From Phoronis australis (taxonomy: Eukaryota > Animalia > Phoronida): a stretch of DNA of 64,000 nt. The translations under genes were made by a program, and so were the position numbers. A model generated the notes under the pieces. The model saw nothing but the letters and a program-made list of their open reading frames with translations. It searched no databases and was not told the origin of the DNA. The stretch lies in NCBI GenBank assembly GCA_002633005.1, contig NMRA01000407.1:1-64000 (forward strand), in the 5' to 3' direction. Shown here one piece after another: positions 12,833-25,084 of the stretch. Numbering within the stretch: the stretch's first letter is position 1; every line of letters starts with the position of its first letter.

Positions 12833-15732
12833 ACTATAATCAGATTCGAAAGAAGTTTTAATTCCCTCGAAACAATGAACCCATATGATCTGAATTGAAA
12901 ACTACAAGTGAGAACAATTGTGGGCGGAAGGTATGAAATTACGGAATTCATGGCTCCGAAAGTTTACAAGTCGACAAATAAATAAATCCGAAGATCAACA
13001 TAAGCCTGAAAGAATATTAGTTGTTTTACTATCAGTTTGATAGGGCTGTTTTTAGAAACGTTTTTATTTCCCTGATAGGGTATTTTAAAAAAATCATTCA
13101 ATGTTACATAACTTGCCTTCAGGCTTGCGAACCTTCGGAGTATCGAGCTCCATCTTATTTATACTAATGCACTGTGATTTGCACGCTACTTTAAATTTCC
13201 TTCTTAATTTTAGTCTTCGGTTGTTAGTTTTCAGTCTTTCATGCTTCTTCTTACGTCTTGGTTTTACGTGTGTCGGATCGAATCGTTGTGGCGTGGGCAT
13301 GGTAAGTAAAGAAACGAAAACGTTCATTAATAAAATTTACAAACAATCGATAAATCAACTATTGTTTTCAATTTGCCATTCGGAAACTAATTCAAAAATC
13401 CTTATCCCTGCCGCGGTAGTAATCGATCACGGGAACCACTGTTCAGCTCCATTTGATCTTGGCATTTGGAGAGGAATTCAAATAACCACTCAGCATGCAT
13501 TTTGTGACCTTGAACGTCGTTTGGATTTATTCATGCTGTATTTCTTGATATGTTAGGATTGGTGTTAGTATGTTAGTGCAATTGTTAGTCGGGATTAAAA
13601 AGAGTGTTAGCGTCAACGCGAATGTACCAGCAAGACAAGTAACAAACGCTTAGTGCAAGCAAATGTTAATAGATATGATCAGGGAGATGTATGGAGATTT
13701 ATCTATTCGAAGTACATGTGCGTCATCGCAACCCAAACACTAATACTTGAGTACAACCCAATTATCTAGACATCATACAGTTGTCACAGGTGGGTAACTG
13801 TAACTGTTAATGTCAGCCAGACAAAAATGTTATCAATAACGAAAGTTGCACACCTCTATCGCCCTTCATGCATCGGGTAAGACAGGATCTCATGGTGCAC
13901 GCCCTGACGTAAGAGGCAATTCCTGGGATTTTTTACCTTTCGGACTCTGGTGTCATTTTGTGTTGGTGGTTCAGCGACATCTTGGCCCGGTGCACTGCCA
14001 GTTGTGTCGAGGTCCTGTTTGACCATAGAAAAACGTCAACATTTCTCTAACTTTGAAGCTTCAAAATCGTGTACATTTCCCCAACTTTGAAGTTTTATAT
14101 CTCAGAAATAACTGTCCAGATTTATGTAAAACTTCCAAATCCAAGGACTTAAACACCGTTTACAAAATGAATTCAAAATAAAATCATGATGTTTTAGAAC
14201 ATTAATAGTTTTTTGAGATTACGTCTTGGAACATTTTTATCATATGAAATTCGAACTTGTTATCGATGCCGTTGTTTTACTATTACCGTGCGTTTCTTTT
14301 CTTTTTCGCTAAATTTTACTTAAGGGAAATATTCTTGTGAGGCAATCATTATAAATATCAGACAAGTAAAAACCGAAATTTCAAATTTTACTTGGGTTTC
14401 TAGTTTCCGATAATATAAACATTTAAGTAGTTAAAATATTTAACTTTGTAAAAAAATTAGATAAAATCGCATACTTGGCAATTAAGTCCAATCAACCTTC
14501 GAGGACGAATTTAACATACATGAGCCGAGGTGAGTGTATTTCACATTGTGAAGTATACATTGAAAGAAATTTGGTTAGGAAAGTAAAAAGATGCCCCAAC
14601 AAACTTGCAACTGAAGAGTAAAACATTTTAAATGCTTTTTTCTCATGAAAGTTGAACGGTAATACACTTTTCAACTCTGTTGTCAGTCATATTAATGGTA
14701 CTGCAGGAACTTTTTGATANACCAATTAAACTACTGAACTCATAAACAATAACAACCTACAAACATCCTGTTATTGTGTGACTAAGTACACAACACTTTG
14801 CATCTTTAGTGCCAATCTTCCAAAATAAAAGCAGAAACCAACTGAAAGAAACTATACTTCCTATGTCATAAATTGCACGTTGTGGTCCTTGACCGGTGGT
14901 CTTTTCCAAAGGTGCTGTGTAACTTGCTAAAAGCGTAGGTCACGCTCGCCCGTTTAGCATAATTTGTTAGAAGTTCTCAAAATTTCCTCCAGACTTTTGA
15001 GGGTTGGCGATAAGTTACAAAGCATTATTTTGTTTCAGAGAACTGGATGGTAAAAGTCGTTTTTAGTATGTGTAAGTAGGCCAAAACCGAGTTTGGTATC
15101 CCTTTAATGGTAAACAAAGCCCAGCTATTTAACAATTGACAAAGTCGCTCAAATAAAATACAGCAATTAAGACTAAATGTAGTTCACTTCAGAGAAGGAA
15201 TATAATACAGGCGACCCGAACTGAGAGCCTATAGTGTATTTAATTAGCTGCTTGGCTGTCGTTGACTTTGAATCGCTGGTTTCTAGCATCACAGACCTTC
15301 GGACTGGTTTCGAACTAACTATTTTTTTTCTTTCTGTCGGATTTGTGAACCTTCGGCCTTATTATCTTTTTATTCATTTGTGGTGTTATGAGAGTTCGAA
15401 CTTGTGAACCTTTGGAGTATCGAGCTGTACCGTATTTATACTAATACAGTATGACACGCAAGCAACGTTAGATTACATAAACCCCCCGTTACTGAGATTA
15501 TCTTCTTAATTTTCGTCTGCAACCTTTGTTCCATCTTGGTTATCCGTGGGTCGCAGCTCGTCGTTTATGTATGGGTATGGCGTGCAAATAGACAAAAACG
15601 TGCAGCAATGAAATTTACAGACAATCGGCAAATCGACTATTGTTTTCAAGTTGACACTTCGAGATTAATTGAAAAAATCTACCAAGGCAGTTATCGATCA
15701 CGGGAACCATTGTTCTGATCCATATGTTGGGG

Positions 15733-16408
15733 GTCATCCTGATGTGTTCCCGTTTTATGCATATCGGGATTCTACATAAGTACGTGTCCCGGGTTCGGTA
15801 TGACCAGTTTTCATTGCATTGGACGGAGTTCTATGTGTCCTGGGGTGGTAGCTGTGATTGTCCCCCTGCAGAGAATGTCCCAGCTGCATGTATTTGAAAG
15901 CCGGTGTACTGGCACGTTAATCAGTGGATTAGCTGGATGCTTCATTCAAATACACGCAAGCCGGACAATTTCTCCAGGGGGACAATGGCTACTTTCACAC
16001 CGAGTTCTATGTGTCATTGGTCAGTGCTCGATGAGCCAAGAAAATTAACATACCCAAGTTAGCCGTTTGCGACCTAGCCGAAATCTTGAAAACTAAGGCG
16101 CATTTTCAAGAAGTGAGTTAGCATTCCAAAATTCCAGGGGGCATTGCTTTATCTGACAACGACCAGAGTGCAATGCAACTAAGGAGAATGCATAAAAATA
16201 ACACGTTACTTTATTACTTGTTGAACTTATGCCCTAAATCAGGATCGAAAAGCACCCGACAACTGTCATGTGGGCCTAAATGGCAAGTGTTGCTAAAACT
16301 TGCACACTCGTCCGCTTAGCGTCTAGACTGTTACGCAAAACACCGGGACACAAAAACCCGGGACAGATAGGATCCGGAGTCCATAAAACGGGACGCATGT
16401 TAGGGCCC
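15733..16408. mobile_element. MITE / non-autonomous DNA transposon with TIRs
   Basis: Left 'cctgatgtgttcccgttttatg' vs right 'cataaaacgggacgcatgttagg', with subterminal ccggga repeats; interrupts the array. Confidence 0.55.
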
Positions 16409-16533
16409 TAGTTAGTATGTTAGTACAATTGTTAGTCGGGATTAGAAAGAGCGTTACATTCAGCAAGTCAAGTAACAAACGTCTAGTGCAAGCTAATGAT
16501 AATACATTTGATAGATGGATAGATATATCCATT

Positions 16534-16680
16534 TAATAATAATAATAATTCTAATAATATCACTTATTGTACATCGTAGGCTTTGCTTACTCATACAGAA
16601 ATACATAAATCCAAATGTGTATTCAGAGTATTTACACGGACAGCAGTTCTTCTCTTAAAGCCATAGTCTTCTCAGTGAAT
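16534..16680 (-). mobile_element. 3' end fragment of a LINE with (AAT)n tail; second copy at 33893-34024
   Basis: Near-identical ~120 bp 'ttattgtacatcgtaggctttgcttactcatac...gcagttcttctctta' at both sites, each next to an (aat)/(aaat) microsatellite. Confidence 0.6.
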
Positions 16681-16944
16681 ATTCATTTGAATAAATGTGC
16701 GTTATCTCGACCCGAACACTAATGTATGAGTATAACCCAAAGTACAACTACTGTAAAATACAACCGACACTTAAAACATATACGTATCACAACTACCTGT
16801 ACACCAAACAGTTGCCACAGGTGGAGAACTGTAACAGCAATCAGCCACACAAAAATGTAATTAATGACAGAAGTTACGCACCTGTGTCGTCCTTCATGTA
16901 TCGGGGAAGACATCATCTCCTCACGGTGCACGCTTTCAAGGAAA

Positions 16945-17300
16945 TGGCCGCAATCTGAAACAGCAGGCCGACCCACTCAAAGGGAAACATTCAAGGGTCA
17001 TGCTATTACTTCCCAGGAGGGGTTATTGCGCTTTCCAATGAACTACGAGCACACCAAGTAATCGAAGTGCAACAACCAGGTAACCACGTCATTACACAAT
17101 CCAGATCAATAAACTCGCCTTTTAGAGATACTGAATACCAAAAGAGTTTCTCAATGGAAAATCGTGCCATATGTCATCTTGCAGTGAATAAACGGGAGAG
17201 ATATTCGAGGGCATTGCATATGAATGGAAACTTTCAAACAGTAAACCGCATGGGGGCTACGTCGAAGTTAGATGCAGGTCGCCCGTCAGTCTTGATTCGT
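16945..17300 (+). mobile_element. Possible degraded Penelope-like GIY-YIG C-terminal fragment
   Basis: Frameshifted similarity to the R..lEAl.I.....mNr.G tail (gagatattcgaggcattgcatatg...gtaaaccgcatgggg); weak. Confidence 0.3.
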
Positions 17301-17769
17301 GAACAGAGATTTGTGGAGTCGTGGTCTCTAAAACGGATAGGTCAGTGTTTTTTGTTTCCTGTCCGTCAACTTTCGATTTAGGAACTCGTATTGCTTTCCA
17401 CTATCAGGCTCTGTCCGCCCGTGATTAACGCGAACCCTACCGGTCGTAGCATGAGAATATCCATAGCCAAAGTGATATGTAAAGTGTTGCTATAAATCTG
17501 TCTAAATAGTATTAAAGTAAATTTGTACAACTGTATGCGCGAGTTTTCTATTTAACCTATTAAAACGAGTCTCAAAAGCAAAATTAACATCAACAGACGC
17601 ACGTGTACAACCTGGAAGCTCATTTATATTGAGAAGCAAATTGTTGAAGGCACTGTAGTCACATGCCTTCACACAGGTCATATATTGGTCACATCACGTG
17701 ACGACGTGTCAAACATGTAAATTGTTACTGTGGCACAATTAATTTTCTATGCAATTTACAAAAAACAAC

Positions 17770-20700
17770 TATCGAGTTTAACATTATGTAAAGTTTGAGC
17801 ATTTGTTTCAATACTACATTTGTCCAAGGTTTCATTACAGAGCACGTGTCGGATCGAGTCTACACAGTCACTTGTCTTTGAAAGTTTATTATTGGAGTTC
17901 ATAGTGATTATTTAAAAATTTAATGACTTTGTAGAATGTATCCATTCTAGTAATGACGATGGTATTCTTCTACGTCAAAATGTTTCCGATGTGAAAGTTT
18001 TGTGATATGCTGATGATATGGCTTTGTGTACTTAATCTCCAGTTAAACTGCAAAAACTACTGTGTGCTTTATGTAAGTTCTGCCAGGAATGAAGCGTGTC
18101 TGTAAATTTTGTGAAGACCACAGTTATGGTGTTTAGAAACGGAGGTCCGTTGAGAAATTCCGAGATGTGTTATTTTGGCCGGAGGTGAAAAACTCGAAGT
18201 GATTTCCATGCCAGCTACAAGTATCTTGGTGTTGTGTTCACGCCAAAGTTATTGTGGACTATGGCTGCTCAGACCCTGTAAGCCCAAGCCACGGAGGTAG
18301 CCATTATAGTCGGTGGGCCAGATTTTGTAGGGCCTCTAGAAAATGGTTTTTGTGAGTACTTTAGGGGGGCAATTTTATTTTGGTGTTTTTTAATTCATTT
18401 ATTAGAGTGTTTTCAAAATCTAAAAAGTTCCCACATATAAAGTTGCACATTTTTGAGAAATTTGAGTTTGAAGTTACATAATAATCACCAAAGAGCTTAG
18501 TAAACTTATATTTGTAAAAACAACAGTTTTGGTGACTTTTTTGTAAAACAAGTAATATGGTCCCATCAGTGCCATTGTATTGAACAATATTACACTCACA
18601 TTACACGTTTTACTATTGTAAATTAATTGTAAACAGTGAAATTTAAAAAACGTAAAGAGACATCTTGTGGCAAAAATGCAAACTAAGTCTGAATGTTACT
18701 AGGAAGTTATTCTGGCATTGTCAGGCAACAAAAATAACACAAAACACTTGAGACTGGGCAAAATTTGTGCCTCAATGACTAAAACATTGACTAATGGTGT
18801 AAAATACAGCTTGTTTGCATAATACACCAGAAATACGTTATAGTACAAAAACAATATACTGGTAGTTGAATGATCTCTGTGAATGTGCACAAAGACTGTA
18901 TGAAAATAATAGATTATTCTGACAGCGTTTATCAAGCAGTATGAGACAAATACATGACAATGATCAAAGTATGTACTTTCTATGACTTAATCAACAAATA
19001 AAATTAACTTTTTAATACAAAAAAGGAAATAACGGGGTTGGAGGTCTATTTAGGGTTGACTTGTCAAAGAACTATCCAATGTTATGCAGTCAGTGTTGCT
19101 GATGTTACTACAGTTGTCACAGCTGCACATTTCTGTACAGTTTGACCCAGCATTGCAGCACAAACTCAGTTTCCCAGCACACATGTTCTTTTTGCACTTG
19201 CAGCGTTCATCGTTTAGTACTGTCAATGGAGATGCGGTCATTGCCATACATATTAACTGCAAAGCTCCACCGCCAAGGAGCCAACTATGGTCGATTAGAG
19301 AGGGTACAGCACTGCACACTGGTGATTAGCCCGCAGGCAATGAAGGGTCAAACACTAAGTCCTTGTTTGGAGGCGGGCACTATTTGGGCAAACGTTTGAT
19401 TCAAAATATGTTACAATGGGCTGTGTTAATTAGAGTCAGCAAGTGAATTATTGAACACTAGCCTCAATTCACTTTCGTATCTCTTAGTCGGGCACAAACT
19501 ACAACAGTGAGTAGCTTCAACAATATTTCTTAAGATTGCCTGTCCAAATAACTTCATGCACACCAGCTTTCTGAAGAACAGCTTCAAAGTCTTGCTTTAT
19601 TTTTGAAAGGCAAATGACATCTCCATGTGCTAGAAGCTTTGATTCAATGAACTCCAAACAAAACTGTAGAAAAACATCTCTGAAAACTGGGGATTCGTCA
19701 CTCTCCACAATCTTTGTCTTTCTCTTTTTTACAGCATGATGATCTGTGGTACTTGGCTTCTAAGACACAAGGTCTTTATCTTTGAATTTCATTTGCATAT
19801 TCAGGGCTCTGGACTGAGCTGTTGCTTGCGATACAAGTCCAACTGAAAAAAACCCGAACTGTTAACACTAATTTAACATTCAACTATGAGTGAGTTGGCA
19901 TGCAACTTTTTCAGACGGACGTATCAGGAGCTGATCCACCACCAGCCTAACAAATTTACATGCCGTTTGATCTGTAGCCTAATAATGTTGATCGTCTAAT
20001 AATTAGATCAGTAGATGCAGCTGAAAATAAATCAGCTGATATACCTGTGCAGTGATTGAAATTTAATTTTTTTAAATCAGATGCTCAAACCATAGTCAAT
20101 CGATTTACACTTAAGGTAATCGACGTTTGACGAAATGGACAGTGGCTTCCATCGTCCTCAAATTTCGACGGCGACGATGGCCACTTAGGCACTTTAATTT
20201 AATTATCATTGCAGCTGCTACCTAAGTAATTAATGTTTACAAAAAATTGAGACTACGGCAGGGGATGACGGCCACTTGGGCATGTTGTTTGCAACTATCT
20301 ACTCCATTTAACCTTCTCAAAAATTTTAGACTTAAAGTGCTTTAAAATCACACCCACAGTATAACGCCATAGGATTATCCCTTAGCGCAAGCAGTGTCGA
20401 TGTGGCAACTGAATGGAGTGTTCGAAAAACAGGATTGCAGGAGTATTTGTTTAAACTGGGAACAAATGAAAACATTAACGACCTCCTCAGAGGCATCTCT
20501 CTACGCGGTACTTCTAAACTTATAGGAACATAATTTGCCGAAAAGTATCCGGCATATGAAGTACCTATAGTATGATCATCGTCTCTACTGGGTCAGCAGT
20601 ATTGTCTAAGGCCTAGGCAGTCAAGGGGCTGAACAAGTTAAAAAACAACTGGTGATAATACTGAATCACACGTGGAAAACACCAAAATGTATTTTTAAAA

Positions 20701-21780
20701 AACACGTACCTGTTTTTGAAAGCTATACTTCTTTCTCTTTCTTGAAATGTGGCCCATAATGTACTTTTCCTGCTAACAAATGATGCACTCATGTTTCAGA
20801 ATGTTCCTATCTTGTTCAGGTTAATTGGGTGTTTCAGATTTTGGAAGTGATTGATTTTCTTGGGAAATCTTGGATAACATCTGTATCACTTTCAGCAACT
20901 TCAGCTTTAGTACTACTGTTGGTGCCTTGAAACGTTGCTATGCCGTTCTATGTCCTTTCAATTTTCTGGTCTGACACTTGGTATTCTAGTCTATAGCACT
21001 CAGCAGTATACTGTGTAGGCTACCAGGGCATGCAGCTGTTTTCTGCACAAACGTTTGTGACACCTCTTCTTCTTTTTGATCTACTGATCTACAGAGTTCC
21101 ACAGTCAATCAGCTTTCGTCAGGAAGCTTTCCTAAGCTTCTTTAGGCTCTGACATCACAATTTTGTGCTGTTTGATAAACCTTGAATTATACAGGCATCA
21201 CACTCCATGGGAGCAGCCATATTGAAGTAACTAAGCACAACAATACAATCTGGCTCTCTGATTGGTCAATTTAATAGAAAAGCGCTATCAAGTGGCAGGA
21301 ATGTGCATCATATTTTATGCAACAAAAACACCTTTTTTTTAAAAATGTGCAAGTGTAGACGTGGGAACTTTTTGGAATTTGATTTATGGGTATATTATCT
21401 AGCCACATAGAAAAAACTAGGTTGCCCCCCCAAAGTACTCACAAGGGTGAACGCTATGAGATCTGGCCCACCGACTATTACAATCGACAAGCTACAAAGA
21501 AGCTGGACCATATTTCAAACACGTGTGGCTTTTGAGACATTTGATAAAATAATTTACCCCAGCTCATGCTATGGAGCAGAAATATGAGGCTTACAAGAAT
21601 ACAACTGGTTAGAACAAGTGCAAATTAAATGTTGCAGGCGTGTATTAGGTGTAGCTAATTCATGCTGAAACAGTGCTGCACTGAGCGCATGTCGGCGGTT
21701 GCCGCTATTTACTAATCACTATGTTGCCGTGATCACGTATTGGTTCAAACTTCTCAAAATGTCTCCTCGCATGACTTTGA
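17770..21780 (+). mobile_element. Degraded CR1/L2-group LINE reverse transcriptase, split by the Academ insertion
   Basis: YADDMAL (~18007), KTTVMVFRNGGPL, YKYLGVVFTPKLLW before 18306. The coding remnant resumes after 21480 (FDKII..., YGAEI, EQVQIKCCRRVLGV). Confidence 0.8.
18307..21477 (-). mobile_element. Academ DNA transposon, internally deleted/degraded
   Basis: Perfect 17-bp TIR TAGTCGGTGGGCCAGAT / ATCTGGCCCACCGACTA with a 3-bp TSD tta. Minus-strand remnants include the Cys-rich C-terminus CKCKKNMC...CCNAGSNCTEMCSCDNCSN (19050-19319) and 19517-19708. Confidence 0.85.
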
Positions 21781-21835
21781 CCAAAATGGTCGGCACTCCC
21801 GAAATTGAGCCACATCACTTAGACTTGTACAGACG

Positions 21836-22085
21836 ATTTCATAAAGGTGGTTTAAAGTTAAACCTGGTTTAAACTGGACTTAGACCAGGCTTAAAGATAA
21901 TCTGCATTTCATAAAGTGGCTTAACTTTTAGACCAGTGGTCTAGTAAAACCTGGTTTAACTCCTATTTGGACCTGGTCTAAGTCAGTTTTCATTTCACTA
22001 ACGAAGTCTATATTCTTTAGATCTGTATTAAGATCTTAAACCAGGTTTAACTTTAGACTTGGTCAGACCTAGGTTTAACTGTTAA
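21836..22085. repeat. Cluster of short palindromic repeats (aaacctggttt / agaccagg / aaaccaggtt), likely a DNA transposon terminal fragment
   Basis: Repeated 'ttaaacctggtttaa', 'tagacc..ggtcta' and 'ttcataaag' motifs. Confidence 0.5.
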
Positions 22086-22212
22086 ATATAACAGACTTGC
22101 ATGATATGGGTGCAACTGAGTGAGGCCGCGGTGTGCATTTACGACGCAGTTTTAGAGCGAAAATGGACTATTTTCAATATTTAGTTTTACGACGACACAA
22201 GATCAAACGTAA

Positions 22213-22332
22213 CAGGGGCGGATTCACGACTTTTAAGGTGAGGGGGTCGGTCAAGGACTTTTTAAAAGTGGGGACCAAGTCAACAAGCAAAAAGGGAGTC
22301 CGGATCCCTGGACCCCCTTGGATCCGCCAATG
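22213..22332. mobile_element. Small hAT-like MITE
   Basis: Termini caggggcggattc ... ggatccgccaatg. Confidence 0.55.
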
Positions 22333-24214
22333 TGTAGACCAGTTCGTGCTGGATAGTGTCCTGCGGATTCTTCAGAATACGACTGGTCGAGCAGGGCGTC
22401 ATCGTCAAAAGCGCTACGGGTTTGACTGAAGACAGCATTTTCTTATTCTTCGCCCTGTGATGAGCACAATTTTTTGAAAAATTATCGTAATTTAACAACA
22501 GAAGTTGATAGCCATGCACCACAATTTTGTAGAAAGACTGTCATATGCTACAAATACGTCACAGAGCGTAAATTTGATGAATCCTAGCTTCCGATTTTAC
22601 CCGCTTCGGAAACCGGTTTCAACTGCCGTAGGCTACAATAAGCGTCCCCTTCCCGTGAAATGAGTTTTTCTAAGCGTTTATTAGAGCCAATACAGTATAC
22701 AGCTTTCCACCAAGGCTAGGTGATGCTACGACATTATTCTTTGTTGCATTAGTTAACTGGTCTTGGCTAATTATCATTTTATGGCCTGGCCATCCATTCA
22801 GCCAAAAGTAGTTCCATAGGTGGCTTATCAGCCAATTATTCACGCATGCTGACTCACAATAGAACCCTGATAAGAGTGAAGGTGGATAAATGCGGTGTCC
22901 CTACAGTTTCTTGTGGTAGTCATGTGTTCACGACATGACATAATGAGCAGAGCTAGTTGTATTCTAACTGGCTGTTTCCAGCATAGAACTGAAATGTCTT
23001 CCGGCTAATGTTTCATGGACATTCAACAGGCACAACCAGGGTTAGAGCTGAAAGTTTAATCTCACATGTATACTTCCGCGTGTACTTTTCGAAATTTATA
23101 GCAAAACCAAGAAGCTTTACAATGACTTGACCAAATGGCTACAAGAATCAGTGAGTTATAAGCCCATTGGCTAAACCAAGGACATATTTCATATTGTTTC
23201 AAAGTCAAACCCTGATAGCAGCACTATTTTTAACTCAACAATGAAACATATGAAGCTAGTGCCATGTGGATGTACACAGCCCAATACCACCCCTGGGTGA
23301 TTGTTTCGATGCAAATGTTTGGATGTCTAGTTCTTCCAAGTACTCCGCCAAGTTAATAGAGACCTGAAAACAATGAGATATTAGCAAACACAACAGTATG
23401 TGATAGCTTCCTAAGAATCCAGACATAACCCATTTACAGGGAATTTTATCCATGTAATGATCCAGGGCTTTGAGTTGTGGGGTTAGAACAGAGTATTTTA
23501 AAAATAGGGTTTTGCCCATCAGACATTCACCCCCTCCCCCCAACTGCCAAATGGAATCTTGTAGCGTTTTAGGGGGGCCGGGGCCATGGCCCCTTAGCCG
23601 CACTCTGAATCCACCATTAAAGATACTGGAATGGTCTTCTCGAGGGGTCTTACGTAACCATAATAGATTACAGTAAAAATAAAATTATTACCTCATGTAC
23701 AGTAAACATAAAAATACTCCTACTAATCAATTTACTGGCTGACATTTGCAAAGATATTAAATTGAGGTTCCAAGCAACTTCTTGAGGGAAAAGAATATGT
23801 TCCTACAGACATGGGGAGATCATTCTAGTCAGTCCATATTCAACTCAACTCAACTCCTACATGTACATGTAGGAAAAGTTGTACCCAGATTAACTCACAA
23901 ACTATCACTTTCACCATGACACTGAAATATTTGATTTCAATAAAACCAGACGAACTTGCATTGAATGTGAAAATTTTAAGTCTGAATATCGCAAACTTTT
24001 GCGACATTCTAGTATTCCACAACCTGGTAAAAACTCGAAATCAAATACTCAATCCCCAAGTCAAATCATACAGATTTTCTTTATTTGCGTTGAATTATTT
24101 GGTTCAATTAGATAGGAATTATGCAAGTTTCACTGTGCACAACAATAGTTAGTAACATGTTGACTGGTGAGAGTTCACTTGGGTACATTGTGACCTAAGC
24201 CGTGAGGTATTCCA

Positions 24215-24489
24215 GATAGGGTACTAGTAGTGCCTTTAACATGGAGGAACTAAATGCCGGTACTAGCGCAGATGAAATAGTAAGGACCATTAAGAAACAA
24301 AAGAATAATAAATCTCCCAGAGAAGACGACATGCAAGCTGAATTCTATAAGTGCTTTCCTGAGGCCCTAGTAGAACTTCTCCACAAACTTATTTATAGAA
24401 TTCTCAATACCGGACGTTATTGATTCCAATGGTCAAAAAGTATTATTGTGCCGTGTTACAAAAAAGGAGACAAATTGAATCCAAATAAT
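24215..24489 (+). mobile_element. LINE (CR1/L2-group) pre-RT fragment, truncated by the following THAP element
   Basis: EIVRTIKKQKNNKSPREDDMQAEFYK...ILNTGRY*FQWSKSIIVPCYKKGDKLNPNN. Confidence 0.75.
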
Positions 24490-25084
24490 GGGGCTATTCA
24501 GAGAATTTTCCTCGCAGTGTCGCTGCTGTACTAGTGGTGATTGACTTGCGCATGCGTCGCTGTCTGCATGTAAACAGCTGGTAAAAAGACTGATTGTTAT
24601 CAAAATACGTGGTTGCGCTAAACCTTATTGATGCTATTTTCCCTGGTGCAAGTCTTCTACAGGTGGTCACAAATTCCCAAAGGACCTAAGGTTACTACAA
24701 TCGTGGAGAATTGCGGTCAAAAGGGTCAACCAACTGACAAAAAGTGTGTGCATGCCGAAGCCCCATTGAGAGACTACATAATGTTACTTAGTTGGTAAGT
24801 TTTTAGCTATCAAGTTTCTGTCGACATCGTTCAATGATGTTATCCCCACCAGTTACCCCACTGAATAACGGATTTATTGAGTGGAACTAAGTGTTTCTTT
24901 TCGGAAACTCACCCGTTACTCGGATGCTGGGTAGGCTAGCAGCACATATTCACGTATTGTCCTGGGTGAGAATGCGCCCAATATAAGAGCTAGCTAGGTG
25001 TGTGGTACGTGACGCTCAGAAGTCAAGGGTGACTTTTTCACAGCAGTTTCTCTTCAAAACTATACTATGTCCAATAAACTTCTC

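Larger units (their letters stand above)
1600..16940. repeat. Highly diverged, internally deleted tandem array of a ~1.9-2.0 kb unit (~8-9 copies) of unknown origin
   Basis: The anchor 'gggtatggcgtgtaaatagac' recurs at about 1957, 3800, 5945, 7901, 8248, 10301, 11320, 13295 and 15572. Other blocks ('cagaaatagcagttcagattt', 'gacgaaaggccaagt', 'ttagttcgaaa', 'gacagcatctca') recur in the same order. Confidence 0.85.

Noticed and set aside
14318-15106. Possible TTAA-flanked Kolobok/piggyBac element
   Set aside because: The two ends do not form a convincing TIR and an N gap at 14720 lies between them.
23256-23603. 115-aa minus-strand ORF with an exon-like segment
   Set aside because: Its start lies in a MITE-like GC tract and I recognise no domain.
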